Source: Malacoraja senta (lineage: Eukaryota). Taken from it: DNA of 64,000 nt. Shown here piece after piece: positions 52,170 through 64,000 of this stretch. The notes under the pieces are model-generated. The model searched no databases. It was given only the letters and a program-made list of their open reading frames with translations, and had not been told where the DNA came from. How positions within the stretch are numbered: the stretch's first letter is position 1; every line of letters begins with the position of its first letter. The position numbers were made by a program, and so were the translations under genes. The stretch covers positions 23,748,001-23,812,000 of the forward strand of contig CM075989.1 of the NCBI GenBank assembly GCA_038087875.1. The letters are read 5' to 3'.

Positions 52170-52465
52170 TTTAGTTTAGTTTTTTTTAGTTTAGAGATAC
52201 AGCGCGGAAACAGGCCCTTCGGCCCATCCATTCTGCGCCGACCAGCGACCCCCACACACTAACACTATCCTACACACACTAGGGACAATGTTTACATTTA
52301 TACCAAGCCAATTAACCTACAAACCTGCACGTCTTTGGAGTGTGGGAGGAAACCGAAGATCTCGGAGAAAACCCACGCAGGTCACGGGGAGAACGTGCAA
52401 ACTCCATACAGACAGCACCCGTAGTCGGGATCGAACCCGGGACTCCGGTGCTGCACCACCGTGGC
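52170..52465 (-). mobile_element. HE1-type SINE
   Basis: Matches the 44305 copy. Confidence 0.88.
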
Positions 52466-54109
52466 TACCCGATCTGTAAAGAGAACAGTTAGAGAGTGTC
52501 TTGCTATTTGGCCGTCTCGCTCCGGCACATGCAGCTAGTGAAACATTGTCAAAAATGCCTTTTTTATATTATTCCATCCATCAGAGATGTGAGAAAGTTC
52601 TGGGGGGGGGGGGGGGGGGGGTGGTCGAGAGAGCTGAAACACTCCTCCAATTCTCACTAAATATAGAAATCACCGCTTGTTAAGGGTTTAACATGTACGG
52701 CAGCAATAATGTTTGCACTAATCTTAAATTATTACTCGCACCTAAGATGATGCGGGTAATGAATCAAATGTGTTTTTTGTGATTGATGATTAATTATTGT
52801 AACCCACTTTCATGTTCTCTGATGTTACTCCACAGGCCCCCTGGACAAACCTGTCACTGGCTTTGTCAAGCCTCCGCTCCTACATCAAAGGGTTGGAGCA
52901 AGCTCTGTGTACTGGGAGCCCAGAACATGATGCTGCCAAACCAGGTGGATTGACTGTGAGCTCTGGGCCTTCCAGCTGTCAAACGACAGCTCCCATCAAC
53001 AGCATCCTAATGAAGGGGGCGATAAAGAGGGACCTAGTCTTGCTCTGATACTAACTTCTGCAAGTTTATTACACGCATTGTCATCGCAACAAAATACTCG
53101 TAATCTGTCCAACTGCTTGCATATATTAACACTGGAGAGTAGCAACATTTAATTTTGATTTTGGGCAAGAGTAACATTTCTCCAGTTCCATTGTAGTTCC
53201 AATACAAATGTTGAAGCAATGTTTAGAGAATTCAGCATATCCCTATTAATGGTTCAATGGTTCTTCTCCGCGTGTACCAAGGTAGAGTGGAATTATTTTT
53301 CTGCACACAGATCAGTAAGATTATTGCCGTACATGTCAAGATTGGGAATTATAGACTGACAAAGCAAATTGTTTTGCCTTTGAAAATGGAAACATTTATA
53401 ATGTGTTTATCTTATTATATGCATACATTGAGGTACAGTTTGCTATTCAGATTTATTCACCAATATCTAGCAAAGGCTTGGGGAAGGGGAGAAGGGAGAT
53501 ATTATGGAAAACATAGTTTAAATGCTGTTTATTTTAGTTTAGGTTATTGGAAACAGGCCCTTGGTTGCACCGAGTCGACGCCGGCCACCCGCTCACACTA
53601 GTTCCATGTTATCCCACTTTCACACACTAGGGGGCAATTTACAGAGGGACAATTAACCTACAAACCCGCCCCTCTTTGGAATGTGGGAGGAAACCGGAGC
53701 ACCCGGAGGAAACCCATGTGGTCACACATAGAACATGCAAACTCCACACAGACAGCACCTGAGGTCAGGATCGAACCCGGGTGGGTTTCTGTTGTTCAAC
53801 ACTCCTTTTACCTGGTTCTTAAATTCCTTATTCTGCCTACCTATTGGCAGCAGAATAGTTTTGGATGAAGATAACAACTCTGGGACAACAAGGACCTAGT
53901 GAATCGACTGTGATGTAACTGATTCTGGGTCTGGGCTAACATTCCAGCCACTCATGTTCAAATGAAATCCAATGAGCAATCTGGGATTTAATAAAGTCAT
54001 TGGTAAAATGGTGATTGAAACGAATCCCTGGATTGCCATAAAACTCCCTCTGGCCAGTTAAAGCCCTTCATGGGAGAGCTGCCATCCCCATCCAGGATTG
54101 GCCATGTAC

Positions 54110-54480
54110 ATCTCCAATTTTGGGTCATTTCAACTACATCTCCCCTCTCTTTCCCCCCATACCCCCCTTCCTTCCCACCCTCCGTCCCCTGTGCCACACC
54201 TGGATTCTCACCTATTCCTCCCCTCCTCTCCCCCTCCACCTACATTCCTTCCTCTGGCCTCACACTTTGCAACTCTTCAATTCTGTTGTCTCCTTCCTTC
54301 CGTTTTTTCATCTCCGGCCTTTATCCATCCACCTGCCTATCAAGAGGCCCCCTCGCATCCGTTCACCTATCAGCTGCCACTCTTTGTCCTGCCTGCCCCT
54401 CCTCTCTTCCAGTCTTTCTTTCCGCCCCCCCCTACAATCAGTGTGAAGAAGGGTCCCCACCTGAAACATCACCTATCATA
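54110..54480 (+). mobile_element. Penelope-like 3' region with decayed hammerhead motif
   Basis: Pyrimidine-rich 3' region ending GTGAAGAAGGGTCCCCACCTGAAACATCACC. Confidence 0.65.
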
Positions 54481-56639
54481 AGTTCATGTTCATAAGTGAT
54501 ACAAGCAGAATTAGGCCATTCAGCCCATCAAGTCTACTCCGCCATTCAATCATGGCTGATCTATCTTCCCTCTCACCCCCTGTTCCATGGGTCTCCAGAG
54601 ATCGATGTTTTACAGACCTATGTTCTGCATGACTCGCTGAGTTACTCTAATACTTTGTGTCTTTTTTCTGGCAGTATACAGCTCCAGACACATCACTGTG
54701 GTTGTCTCTGGTGAAAAAGCCTCACAATCCATTCAATTGGCATTGGCGGGTTGGGGATGAGCAATAAATGCTGGTCTTCCAAATGATGCCCAAATTATGA
54801 ACAACGTATAAATGTTAAAAAAACACACGTTGGAAAATCCCTTCCACAGGTTCCCTGCCAAGTCACGCACTCTCTTGACTTAGAAATGCAGCAACATTTT
54901 TTCATCACCACAGTGTGTAAATCTAATGGGTCTATGGGGCAGTGGGAATACAGTTGAAGAAGTCGGCTCGCCATCACTTCACAGGTATCTGGGCTTTAGT
55001 TTAGTTTAGTTACGTTTAGTTTAGTTTATTTTATTGCCACGTGTACCGAGGTACAGTGAAAAGTTGTTGTCGCATGCCAAATACAGGCAGGTGGGCTGGT
55101 GTAGATGGGGAGGTTGGTCGGCAAATTAGGCCAAAGAACCTCTTTCTGTTCTGTATGACTCAAGAATACTGGGAGAAACATCTGCTACACATTGACAAAT
55201 TGTCACAACACCTTTACCTCCGTCTGCATGAGGACAATTCGGAAGTTTGATAATTTAGTTTAGATAGAGATACAGTGTGGAAACAGGCCCTTCGGCTCAC
55301 CGAGTCCATGCCGACCAGCGATCATCCCGCTCACTAACACTATCCTACACACACTTGGGACAATTTACAATTTACAGAAGCCAATTAACCTACAAAACCT
55401 GCACATCTTTGGAGTGTGGGAGTAAACCAGAGCACCCGGAGAAACCCCACGCGGCCACAGGGAGAACGTACAAACTCTGTATAATACCGAAGATAGACAC
55501 AAAATGGTGCAGTAACTCAGTGGGACAGGCAGCATCTCTGGAGAGAAGGAATGGGTGACGTTTCGGGTTGAGACCACAATGCCAAGTTAAACTAATCTCC
55601 TCTGCCTGCACGTGATCCATACCCGTCCATTCCCTGCATATCCATGTGCCTATCTAAAAGCCTCTTCAACGCCACTACCGAATCTGCCTCCTCCACCACC
55701 ACCCCTGGCAGCGTGTTCCAGGCACCAACATTCCATGTTTGCAACACCTCTCCATTCAACTTTGCCCTTCTGACCTTCAAGCTATGCCCTCTGGTCTTTG
55801 ACAAGTGGAAGGAAACCAGAACACCTAGGAGGACGAAACCCAGGCAGTCGCGAGGAGAACCTGCAAACGTGCAGAGAGAAAACACGCCAGGTCAGGGTGG
55901 AGCCGTGATAATGCTATGAGTAGCACAGTCAATCCTAAACTGACTTAAGGCAAAGTATTAGCAGAGATTAGTCTGAATAAGTCAGCACTAAGAGCAAATT
56001 TGCACTTTGAAATTCCAGCAAAGATCCATTTGGATAAACTTTAACTGATTTTCAGTCTCTAACTTTGCATGAACAGGAAATTAAAATCTCAAGAATCTGC
56101 CGATTGACATATCTATGAGATCTCCGTCTTTGCCCAAGCTGTTTAAAGTAGTACATGGAAGTGGGCCAAAGGGTCTGTTCCTGTGCTGTACTGTTCTATG
56201 TTCCAACAATGTGCTGGTTGGTTAATTGGCCACTGAATGTTGTTCCAGTTGCTGTACTAGCTAAAGCCGGCTGTGGGAAGGATCTCGGTCAGATATAGAC
56301 AAAGGCTAGAAGACCCTCTGCCAACCCGGCCTGTGTCAACCTCTTGCAAGGGCTGCGGGCCGACACAACACCAGTGTTCGACTGGAAGCTCATTTTCATG
56401 CAAGGAGTGCAAACGCAGACACTAGATCCACAGTGAAACCACATGTTATTTGGTCCAAGTCCTATTTAAAATGACCTGTAGCTCTTAGTAGTGGTGCCAA
56501 CACACGCACAACCATTCACAGCTGTAAGCAAGCTCAGTTAAAAATAGTGCTGCATAGAAATGTTATTCATGAACACCTTGTATTACCGGTAACATTTGCT
56601 GCAGAGGAGAAAAGTAGACTGCCCATCAGTGACTTGGTT

Positions 56640-56932
56640 AAGTTTAGATTAGTTTAGAGATGCAGCAGGGTGGAAACATGCCCTTCATTACACCGAGTCC
56701 GCACCGACCAGCGATCCCCGCACATTAACACTACCCTACACACTAGGGACAATTTGCAATTTGCAATTTAACCTACAGACCTTTTTGAACCATCTTTGGA
56801 GTGTGGGAGGAAACCGAAGATCTCGGAGAAAACCCACGCAAGTCACGAGGAGAACGTACAGACAAGCACCCGTAGTCAGGATCGAACCTGTGCTGTGAGG
56901 CAGCAACTCTACCGCTGCGCCACCGTGCCGCC
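56640..56932 (-). mobile_element. HE1-type SINE
   Basis: Tail, body and tRNA-like head present with internal deletions. Confidence 0.85.
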
Positions 56933-59885
56933 CAAGTTAATGAGCAAAGATTTACATTTTGCTGCTAAAGTCCCCAACAATTAACTTTCACATATCTGGA
57001 ATAAAATCATCCCATAAGGAAAATGGTTACTCAATTGAAGCTGGGACTTGGGGTTTGGGAATAATTACCATTTGTATCTATTCTGCTTCACATGGGTTAC
57101 TTCAGCATGTTAATTCTTCCACAACAATCTACGAGTATTTTCTTTTAATTAAATTCTTGACAAAAAAAAAGAACACTTTGTTTGAGTAAAAACACGTTGT
57201 TTTTTGCAACGTAGAAGGGCAAGATAGAAAGTAAAATGTTTGATCCTTTAGTCAACTTTCAGCAATTAATATCTTCTTCTAGCCAGAGCGTTAAGTCTGC
57301 CACAGCAAAACTTGATCTCAACTCCTAATTGCCTTTTTGTGCATATGACATGAAGCTTTCAGGGTCAGAGACGATTTCTATCAACTGGCCTCTGGCTCAC
57401 TTATGGCTGATTAAACCGTGTCACTTAGAATGTACTGCAAATGTCTGATGAAATTGGAAAAGCATGTGTAGACAAAAATCACCCTCGGAGGTATCCAGAC
57501 ACTTCCTGACAGTCACGCCATTCCCTGCAGATGCCACGGAGCTGCAAGTCACTCTCCCAGGAGAGATGATTCACCTGGAAGCAGGGCCAAGCACTGCCAG
57601 ATGTGTAGGAAACTGCGGAGGACCAGCACACTAACACTGTCTCAATTGTGTAGAGCATATGCTTTCAGTCAAGGGTGAAAAATGCAGGCACCAGCACATG
57701 CCAAAAGTCTTTTAAGCATGGCCCACCAGTCAGCCTGAAGCTTAACGCACAGATCCTTCCAGTCAGCAGATGTGTGTCACCGCAGTGCAAGTCAAGGCTG
57801 GTTAAACTATAAAGGAGCTAAGGGACCTGATCCATCCATTCCATTCTGACAAACAAACCGTAACACTGTCACTCATTACTGAACTGTGCAAAAATGTGTC
57901 TGTATTCACGCATGTTACTGGCCATACAATTGGTTCTTTCCACGACAAAACCGCCTAAAGTTAAAACGGCGTCTTTGTATTTTCAAATGTAATCTCACTC
58001 TCCTAAAGACGCTTCACTAAAACCTTCCCCTCCATCAGAAGCCTTTTAAATAGTTCCAAAACAAAAGCTGATACATAATGACCTCATGAAAGGCTGATGG
58101 CGACGGTCTCTGCCTAATGTGTGTGTACACACCTAGTTATTGCAACTATGCAGCGAGGTCGCACGTTATGTAGGGTCCGTCCAGAAGCCAATTTATACTC
58201 AGTCAGTAATCAAACTGATGAGGAAGCATGATAACAATGTCAGACATGTCTTACGTCTAAAATCCACAGTGAAAGTACGTACTTTAAGAGTTGGCTCTCG
58301 TACAACCAGTCTCACTAAATGGAGTATACAACAATGCCAAAACTTGTGTTTCTATGTGTTACTGTTACACAAGACAGTTTGTAGTAAATTATTTATCTTC
58401 ATCTAAGGCTGCAAACTACAAGACCCATGATGCATCAATGTATGAGATGCCCAGCAACAAATTGGGCCCATATCATCTGTGATTAGTTAATTCAGACAAA
58501 GTGTACATCAGGCTAAAAGCTGTGTGGTTTAAACTGTTGATATTGAGAATGTGTAGGAAGGAACTGCAGATGCTGGTTTACATCGAAGACAGACACAAAA
58601 AGCTGGAGAAATTCAGCAAGCCAGGCGGCATCTCTGGCTGAACTTTTACACACACTGAACTTTTTTCTCGTTTATTATAATGTTTACAGAGCAGTATGTT
58701 TACATGTTCTGTTGTGCTGCTGCAAGTAAGAATTTCATTGTTCTATCTGGGACATAGGACAATAAAACACTCTTGACTTTGGAGAGATGGATTGGATGAT
58801 GTTTCAGATCGAGACCCTTCTTCAAACGGTTAATGTGCATCTTGTGAGGCTGTGAGATTTCAGAAACCCTGTCACGATATTATCGTTTGTCCCATTCAAA
58901 CATTTGTGCTTCTTTTAAAATTCATGACTAATAATTTTCTGTTAAAAAGACAATATATTCACTTTCCCCGCGGAATTTTTAAAAAGTGTTACGAAGGGTT
59001 TATTTTTATAAAGGTATAAAGATTAATGTGACACATCCCAGGAAATGTATCAACTGGCATGTCTGCAGCTTGTTTAAAGTCTGTGTTATTTTAATATGAA
59101 CCAACACTGGTAAAGGTGCCTGGTGTGACAATGGTCTGACTTTATTAAAGGCAAAGTGAATATCTGCTGTTTGGCAACACTGACGTCTGAATAAGGAACA
59201 GAGAGAGCACAAAATAATCAAAACCAACAACAACAACAGAGTGAATTTATCTAGTGGCTTTGACACGGTGAAGTTGTCCTCAGGCACTTTACAGAGCAAC
59301 ATGGTGTGACCCATGATCAAACACTTTGTCAAAGAGGTGGGTTTCACACGGTGCCTTAAAGGAGCAGAGAATGAAAGAAGCAGGGATGTTTAGAGATGGA
59401 ATTCCAGAGCGTAGGGGCCAGTGGCTCAATGTTTAGACATTCACAAGAGGCAGACTCATGAACATCAGGGACATGATGAGGCCACAATCAGGACTGCACA
59501 AATCTCACAGGGTTTAGGCAGAGAAGGTTAGCAGCAAAGGGATTTCAAAACAGGGCAGGGAGCACTTAGTCACGTCACATCAGCTGCATGGCAACATGAT
59601 TAAACAAACAGACCACTAAATACAGTAGGTAGACAACGCTGTCAGATCAGCTTTGTATTGCCTGAAGTCACAAAAAAATGTTGTTCGAAATACACGAAGA
59701 TGGCCTTTTGCAATTCTAACTGACCGCAGTTAACTCGGCAAAGGAGCCCGCAAGATGCACATGGTGAACCATGTACAATACTGGCTGCAATTACCAGCGT
59801 AAAGTTGCAAAGTGCTCACTGGAGCAACAGTAGTGGTTTTTGTGACGGACCGGGCCAGTACATCGCCTGAACCAGAACATCGGTA

Positions 59886-60191
59886 AAGTTAAAAACTGGA
59901 TGTTCAATTTATTGAATTTCTGTGTTACAAAAAGATGACTAAAGTTAAAAAAAATAAAATGCACTAATTAACTACGGGAGTCAGGCACGAGATTACCCCA
60001 AACTAAACTACTCTGAACTAAACTAAACTAAAACATCTTAGGTATAAACCAGCATCTGCAGTTCCTTGTTTCTACTACAAATTATCTGAGTGCCTGACTC
60101 CCGAAGTTAATTAATGCATTTTATTTTTTTAACTTGAGTCATCTTTTTGTAACACAGAAATTCAATAAATTGAACATCCAGTTTTTAACTT
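59886..60191. repeat. Inverted duplication, ~102-bp arms and ~100-bp spacer
   Basis: 59886-59988 is the reverse complement of 60090-60191 with 3 mismatches and one 1-nt indel by my count. Confidence 0.93.
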
Positions 60192-61332
60192 CAGACTAGT
60201 TTAGACTAGTTTAGAGTAGTTTCGTGTCACATGTAGACAATAGACAATAGGTGCAGGAGTAGGCCATTCAGCCCTTTGAGCCAGCACCACCATTCAATGT
60301 GATCATGGCTGATCATCCACAATCAGTACCCCGTTCCTGCCTTCTCCCCATATCCCCTGACTCCGCTATTTTTAAGAGCCCTATCTAGCTCTCTCTTGAA
60401 AGCATCCAGAGATCCTGCCTCCACCGAGGTACAGTTTAAAGGTACAGGAAAACATAGACACAAAGTGCTGGAGTAACCCAGTCAGCATCTCTGGAGAAAA
60501 GGAATGGGTGTCGTTTCGGGTCGAGACCCTTCTTCAGACTGAGAGTCAGGGGAAGGGGAAACGAGAATCAAATTCCTTGTATGTTGCAAAACATACTTGG
60601 CTAATAAAGTAAGTATTAGTATGAAAGAAGGAGCAGGAATAGGTTTTTCAGTCCCTGCTCTTCACTCCATAATTCAGAAAGATCATGTGTGATCTTTTAT
60701 CTCACCACTTGCAACACCAATCCTGATTGTACCCATTAGTCATTGTCTCTTGGCCCCAAAACTAACTTTGTTCCTGTTGTTTCCTGTCCATTAACTATTC
60801 CACAATGTGCAGCAGTTCACTGCCTCCCCAACATTGTTTAATAATCTTGCATGACATCTTCTTGAAAGCTGTCTGAAAACCCAAATATAGTCAACTGATT
60901 CACTCTTCCCCAAGCTGAAGCACAACTTCAAACATTCCACCAGATACATCAAACATGACGTTCCCTTCATGAATCTGTACTCCCCCTGCCAAGTTTCATT
61001 GTTATTCTCCAAGTAACCATGCATCTTATCTCTGCCTCTCATGATTTTCTATTCCTCTACCTGTTCACTGCCCAACAACCTGCACTGCTGGAAAAAACAG
61101 TCCCAATTTACCCTGTCAACCGCATAACTCCAATCCCTGGAAAACCCCAATGAATCTCTTCCGCACCCTTTCCAGTTTAAAGCCACCCTTCCTATATCAT
61201 GACGTCCAGAACTGCACGCAATACTTCAAACATGGTCTCTTGTAACTGATGCTAATTTCTTTCAGACACTCATTTACTCCAATCATGGGTTTTTTCTTGG
61301 AGATTATCAGTGTCTTTTTCCGTAAAAAGAGA

Positions 61333-61708
61333 CTGATTTCCCGGCAACCTCCTTTAATCCGGATAAAACTATATGAGTGAATTTCAAATCTCCCCCACAT
61401 GTTCCCCCAGAAACGTGTCCCCTAGGCCGGGCGAGGCGGCTGATCTCCACCTCATCGGGACTTCCGCGGCCGAATTTGCCCCCTGCGGCCGGGGTTCTGG
61501 AACTCAGGCCCGGCCAGAGCCGGCAGATCCGTTCCCATGGCCGACTCTGAGGTATGGAAACGGATCTCGGCCCCTCGGTGGCCAAGGCGGAACATTCCGG
61601 AACCGTTGGATTCCTCTCAGAGGCCGAGACCTCTGTTGGTCTGGCAACACGGATAATCCAGAAAGCCTCTGGAACTGAGGATGCCGGAAAATCAGTGGTG
61701 GATCAGTA
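61333..61708. mobile_element. MITE with imperfect TIRs and GC-rich core
   Basis: CTGATTTCCCGGCAACCTC (61333-61351) versus GAGGATGCCGGAAAATCAG (61677-61695). Confidence 0.6.
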
Positions 61709-61884
61709 TATTTGTTTAAATTTTCTACCATTTTGTTATTCCCCCAATAAAATTCCTTCTGTATCAGCCTGTATGGGACCACATGAACTTTTAATCATTG
61801 TTTTTCCTTTTCACATATTTACAAAGCTCTTACAATCTAATTTTGATTCTTGCTTGCCTACTCTTGCATTGTACTTACCTTATA

Positions 61885-62260
61885 GAGACATAGAGTCACA
61901 GAGTGACACAGTCGACCCAACATGCCCACACCGACCCAATATGTCCCAGCTACACTAGTCCCACCTGCCCATGTTTGATCCATATTCCTCCAAACCTGTC
62001 CTATCCATGTTCCTGTCTAATTGTTTCTTAAATGTTGGGATCGTCCCACCCTCAACTACCTCCTCTGGCAGCTCGTTCCATATACCCACCACCCTTTGTG
62101 TGAAAAGGTTACCCCTCAGCTTCCTATTAAATCTTTTCCACTTCACCTTAAACCTATGACCTCTGGTCTTCGATTCACCTACTCTGGGCAAGAGACTCTG
62201 TGCATCTACCCGATGTATTCCTCTGATGGATTTATACACCTCTATAAGATCATCCCTAAT
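61885..62260 (-). mobile_element. CR1 LINE 3' end
   Basis: ORF DLIEVYKSIRGIHRVD...FTQRVVGIWNELP. Confidence 0.9.
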
Positions 62261-62554
62261 GCTCCTTATCAATGCCTCCATCCAAGTTTGCTCAAGTCTG
62301 AAGTTTCCCCCGTGTTCCCAATGTCCTGCTGTTTTTGGCAGTGTTGTAAGTTTGTCCTTTGATCTATCACGATCCCTCACAACTCTCGATAGCCACAGCG
62401 GGACCACTTTTCCTGTTGGATTTCTGCCTTACACCTAAATCATGCATTCATTCTTTAAAAACTAGTCATTGCTTGTTTGCTTTTATATCTTTCTAATGCG
62501 ATTTCCCAATCTGCCAAAGCCAACTCACGCCTCCTGCCTTCCTAGTCTAGCCTA

Positions 62555-63018
62555 GTTTAGTTTAGTTTAGAGATACAGTGCGGAACTGGGGACAATTTAC
62601 ATTTACACCAAGCCAATTAACCTGCAAACCTGTACGTCTTTGGAGTGTGGGAGGAAACCGGAGATCTCGGAGAAAACCCACGCAGGTCACGGGGAAAACG
62701 TACAGACTCCGTACAGACAGCACTCGCGGTCAGGATTGAACCCGTGTCTCTGGTGCTGTGAGACCCGGGTTTGATCCCGACTACGTGTGCTGTCTGTACA
62801 GGGTTTTTATGTTCTCCCCATGACTGCGTGGATTCGCTCCGAGATCTTCCGTTTCCTCCCACACTCCAAAGATATACAATCAGTCGGCTAATTGGCTTGG
62901 TATAAGTGTAAATTGTCCTTAGTGTGTGTAGGATGGTGTTAATGTATGGGGATCGCTGGTCAGCACAGACTCGGTGGGCCGAAGGGCCTGTTTCCACACA
63001 GTACCTCTAAACTAAAAA
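62555..63018. mobile_element. Head-to-head pair of HE1-type SINEs
   Basis: Minus copy ~62555-62760 abuts plus copy ~62755-63018. Confidence 0.85.
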
Positions 63019-63816
63019 CAATCCACGTTTGTCCAACCTCTCCTTGTGGCTACGCCTTTAAACTCTTGATTTTATATGACTTCATCTACTGAAGAAGGGT
63101 CTCGACACGAAACGTCACCCATTCCTTCTCTCCAGAGATGCTGCCTGTCCTGCTGAGTTACTCCAGCTTTCTGTGCCTATCTTCGATTAAAAACGACATC
63201 TGCGGTTCTTTGCTACACACTTCATCTGCTGTTCATTGAGTGCGGATGAGCAGGTCTTGTGGGCACATGGGCTTCGCAGCTTCCTGACAGTTCCAGTGTC
63301 CATACACTGCACTCTTCACCTTTCAGGAACCTTGGCAACATCCCGTCAGCCATGCCTTGGCTGCAGCTCTGGAAACTTTCTGTGGTCCCTTCGACAAAGA
63401 ACATGCCCTCTGTGGGCACAGACCTTTACCAGCCTCGAAGTATTCTTCCAATAACTCGTGTCAATGCACCATTCATTCGACCAGTGTATAGTGTGTCCTT
63501 TAGGCTGATAAACGTTGAGAACCTGCGACATATTTGGACACTGCCCTGAAACAACACTGTTAGATTCAGCAGCGTTCTGCCCGGGGAAATTACACTTTGT
63601 GAACTTTGCACTGAAATATCTTAACCTTGATGCTTTTTTTTCATGAACAGCATTAAGGTAATCCACACCATTCTATTAACGACTTTAACTCCATTAACAC
63701 TACTTACGGCGACATTGTGGCTCAGCGGGCAGAGCTTCTGCCTCACTAAACCACAGACTCGATTCGATCTTGACCTCCGTTTCTGTCTGTGTGGAGTTTG
63801 CATGTTCTCCCTGTGA

Positions 63817-64000
63817 CAATAGACAATAGACAATAGACAATAGACAATAGGTGCAGGAGTATGCCATTCGGCCCTTCGAGCCAGCACCACCATTCAATGT
63901 GATCATGGCTGATCATCCCCAATCAGTACCCCGTTCCTGCCTTCTCCCCATATCCCCTGACTCCGCTATTTTTAAGAGCCCTATCTAGCTCTCTCTTGAA
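63817..64000 (-). mobile_element. CR1 LINE 3' tail with (ATTGTCT)n repeat, running off the window
   Basis: Nearly identical to 60235-60400 and 6119-6280. Confidence 0.9.

Overview
Eukaryotic, repeat-dense vertebrate genomic DNA. The repeat content (HE1-type tRNA-SINEs, CR1 LINEs, Rex1/Babar and Penelope fragments) points to a cartilaginous fish, probably a skate or ray (inference). Most ORFs in the track are repeat or microsatellite artefacts. Gene-like content is on the minus strand. (i) An unrecognised multi-exon gene has three open, phase-compatible 3' exons (42225-42071, 34157-33894, 29294-29063), while its candidate upstream exons (44.7-47.9 kb) carry in-frame stops, suggesting a decaying gene or pseudogene. 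(ii) A probable first exon and promoter of a second gene lies at ~11.07-11.5 kb. Main non-genic observations: many Penelope-derived short inserts carry a minimal type I hammerhead ribozyme core (CUGAnGA-stem II-GAAAC-GUC) with compensatory stem changes, palindromic insertions and 66-bp tandem derivatives; a duplicated, indel-free 150-nt hairpin is bounded by box C-like and box D motifs (14137-14286, 17207-17356); a non-autonomous Helitron (29628-33426) contains a nested Academ-like TIR element with a CTCF motif; and there are several MITEs, TSD-flanked retroposons and a ~100-bp-arm inverted duplication. All calls were made by eye. No database searches or folding programs were run, and repeat boundaries are approximate unless stated.
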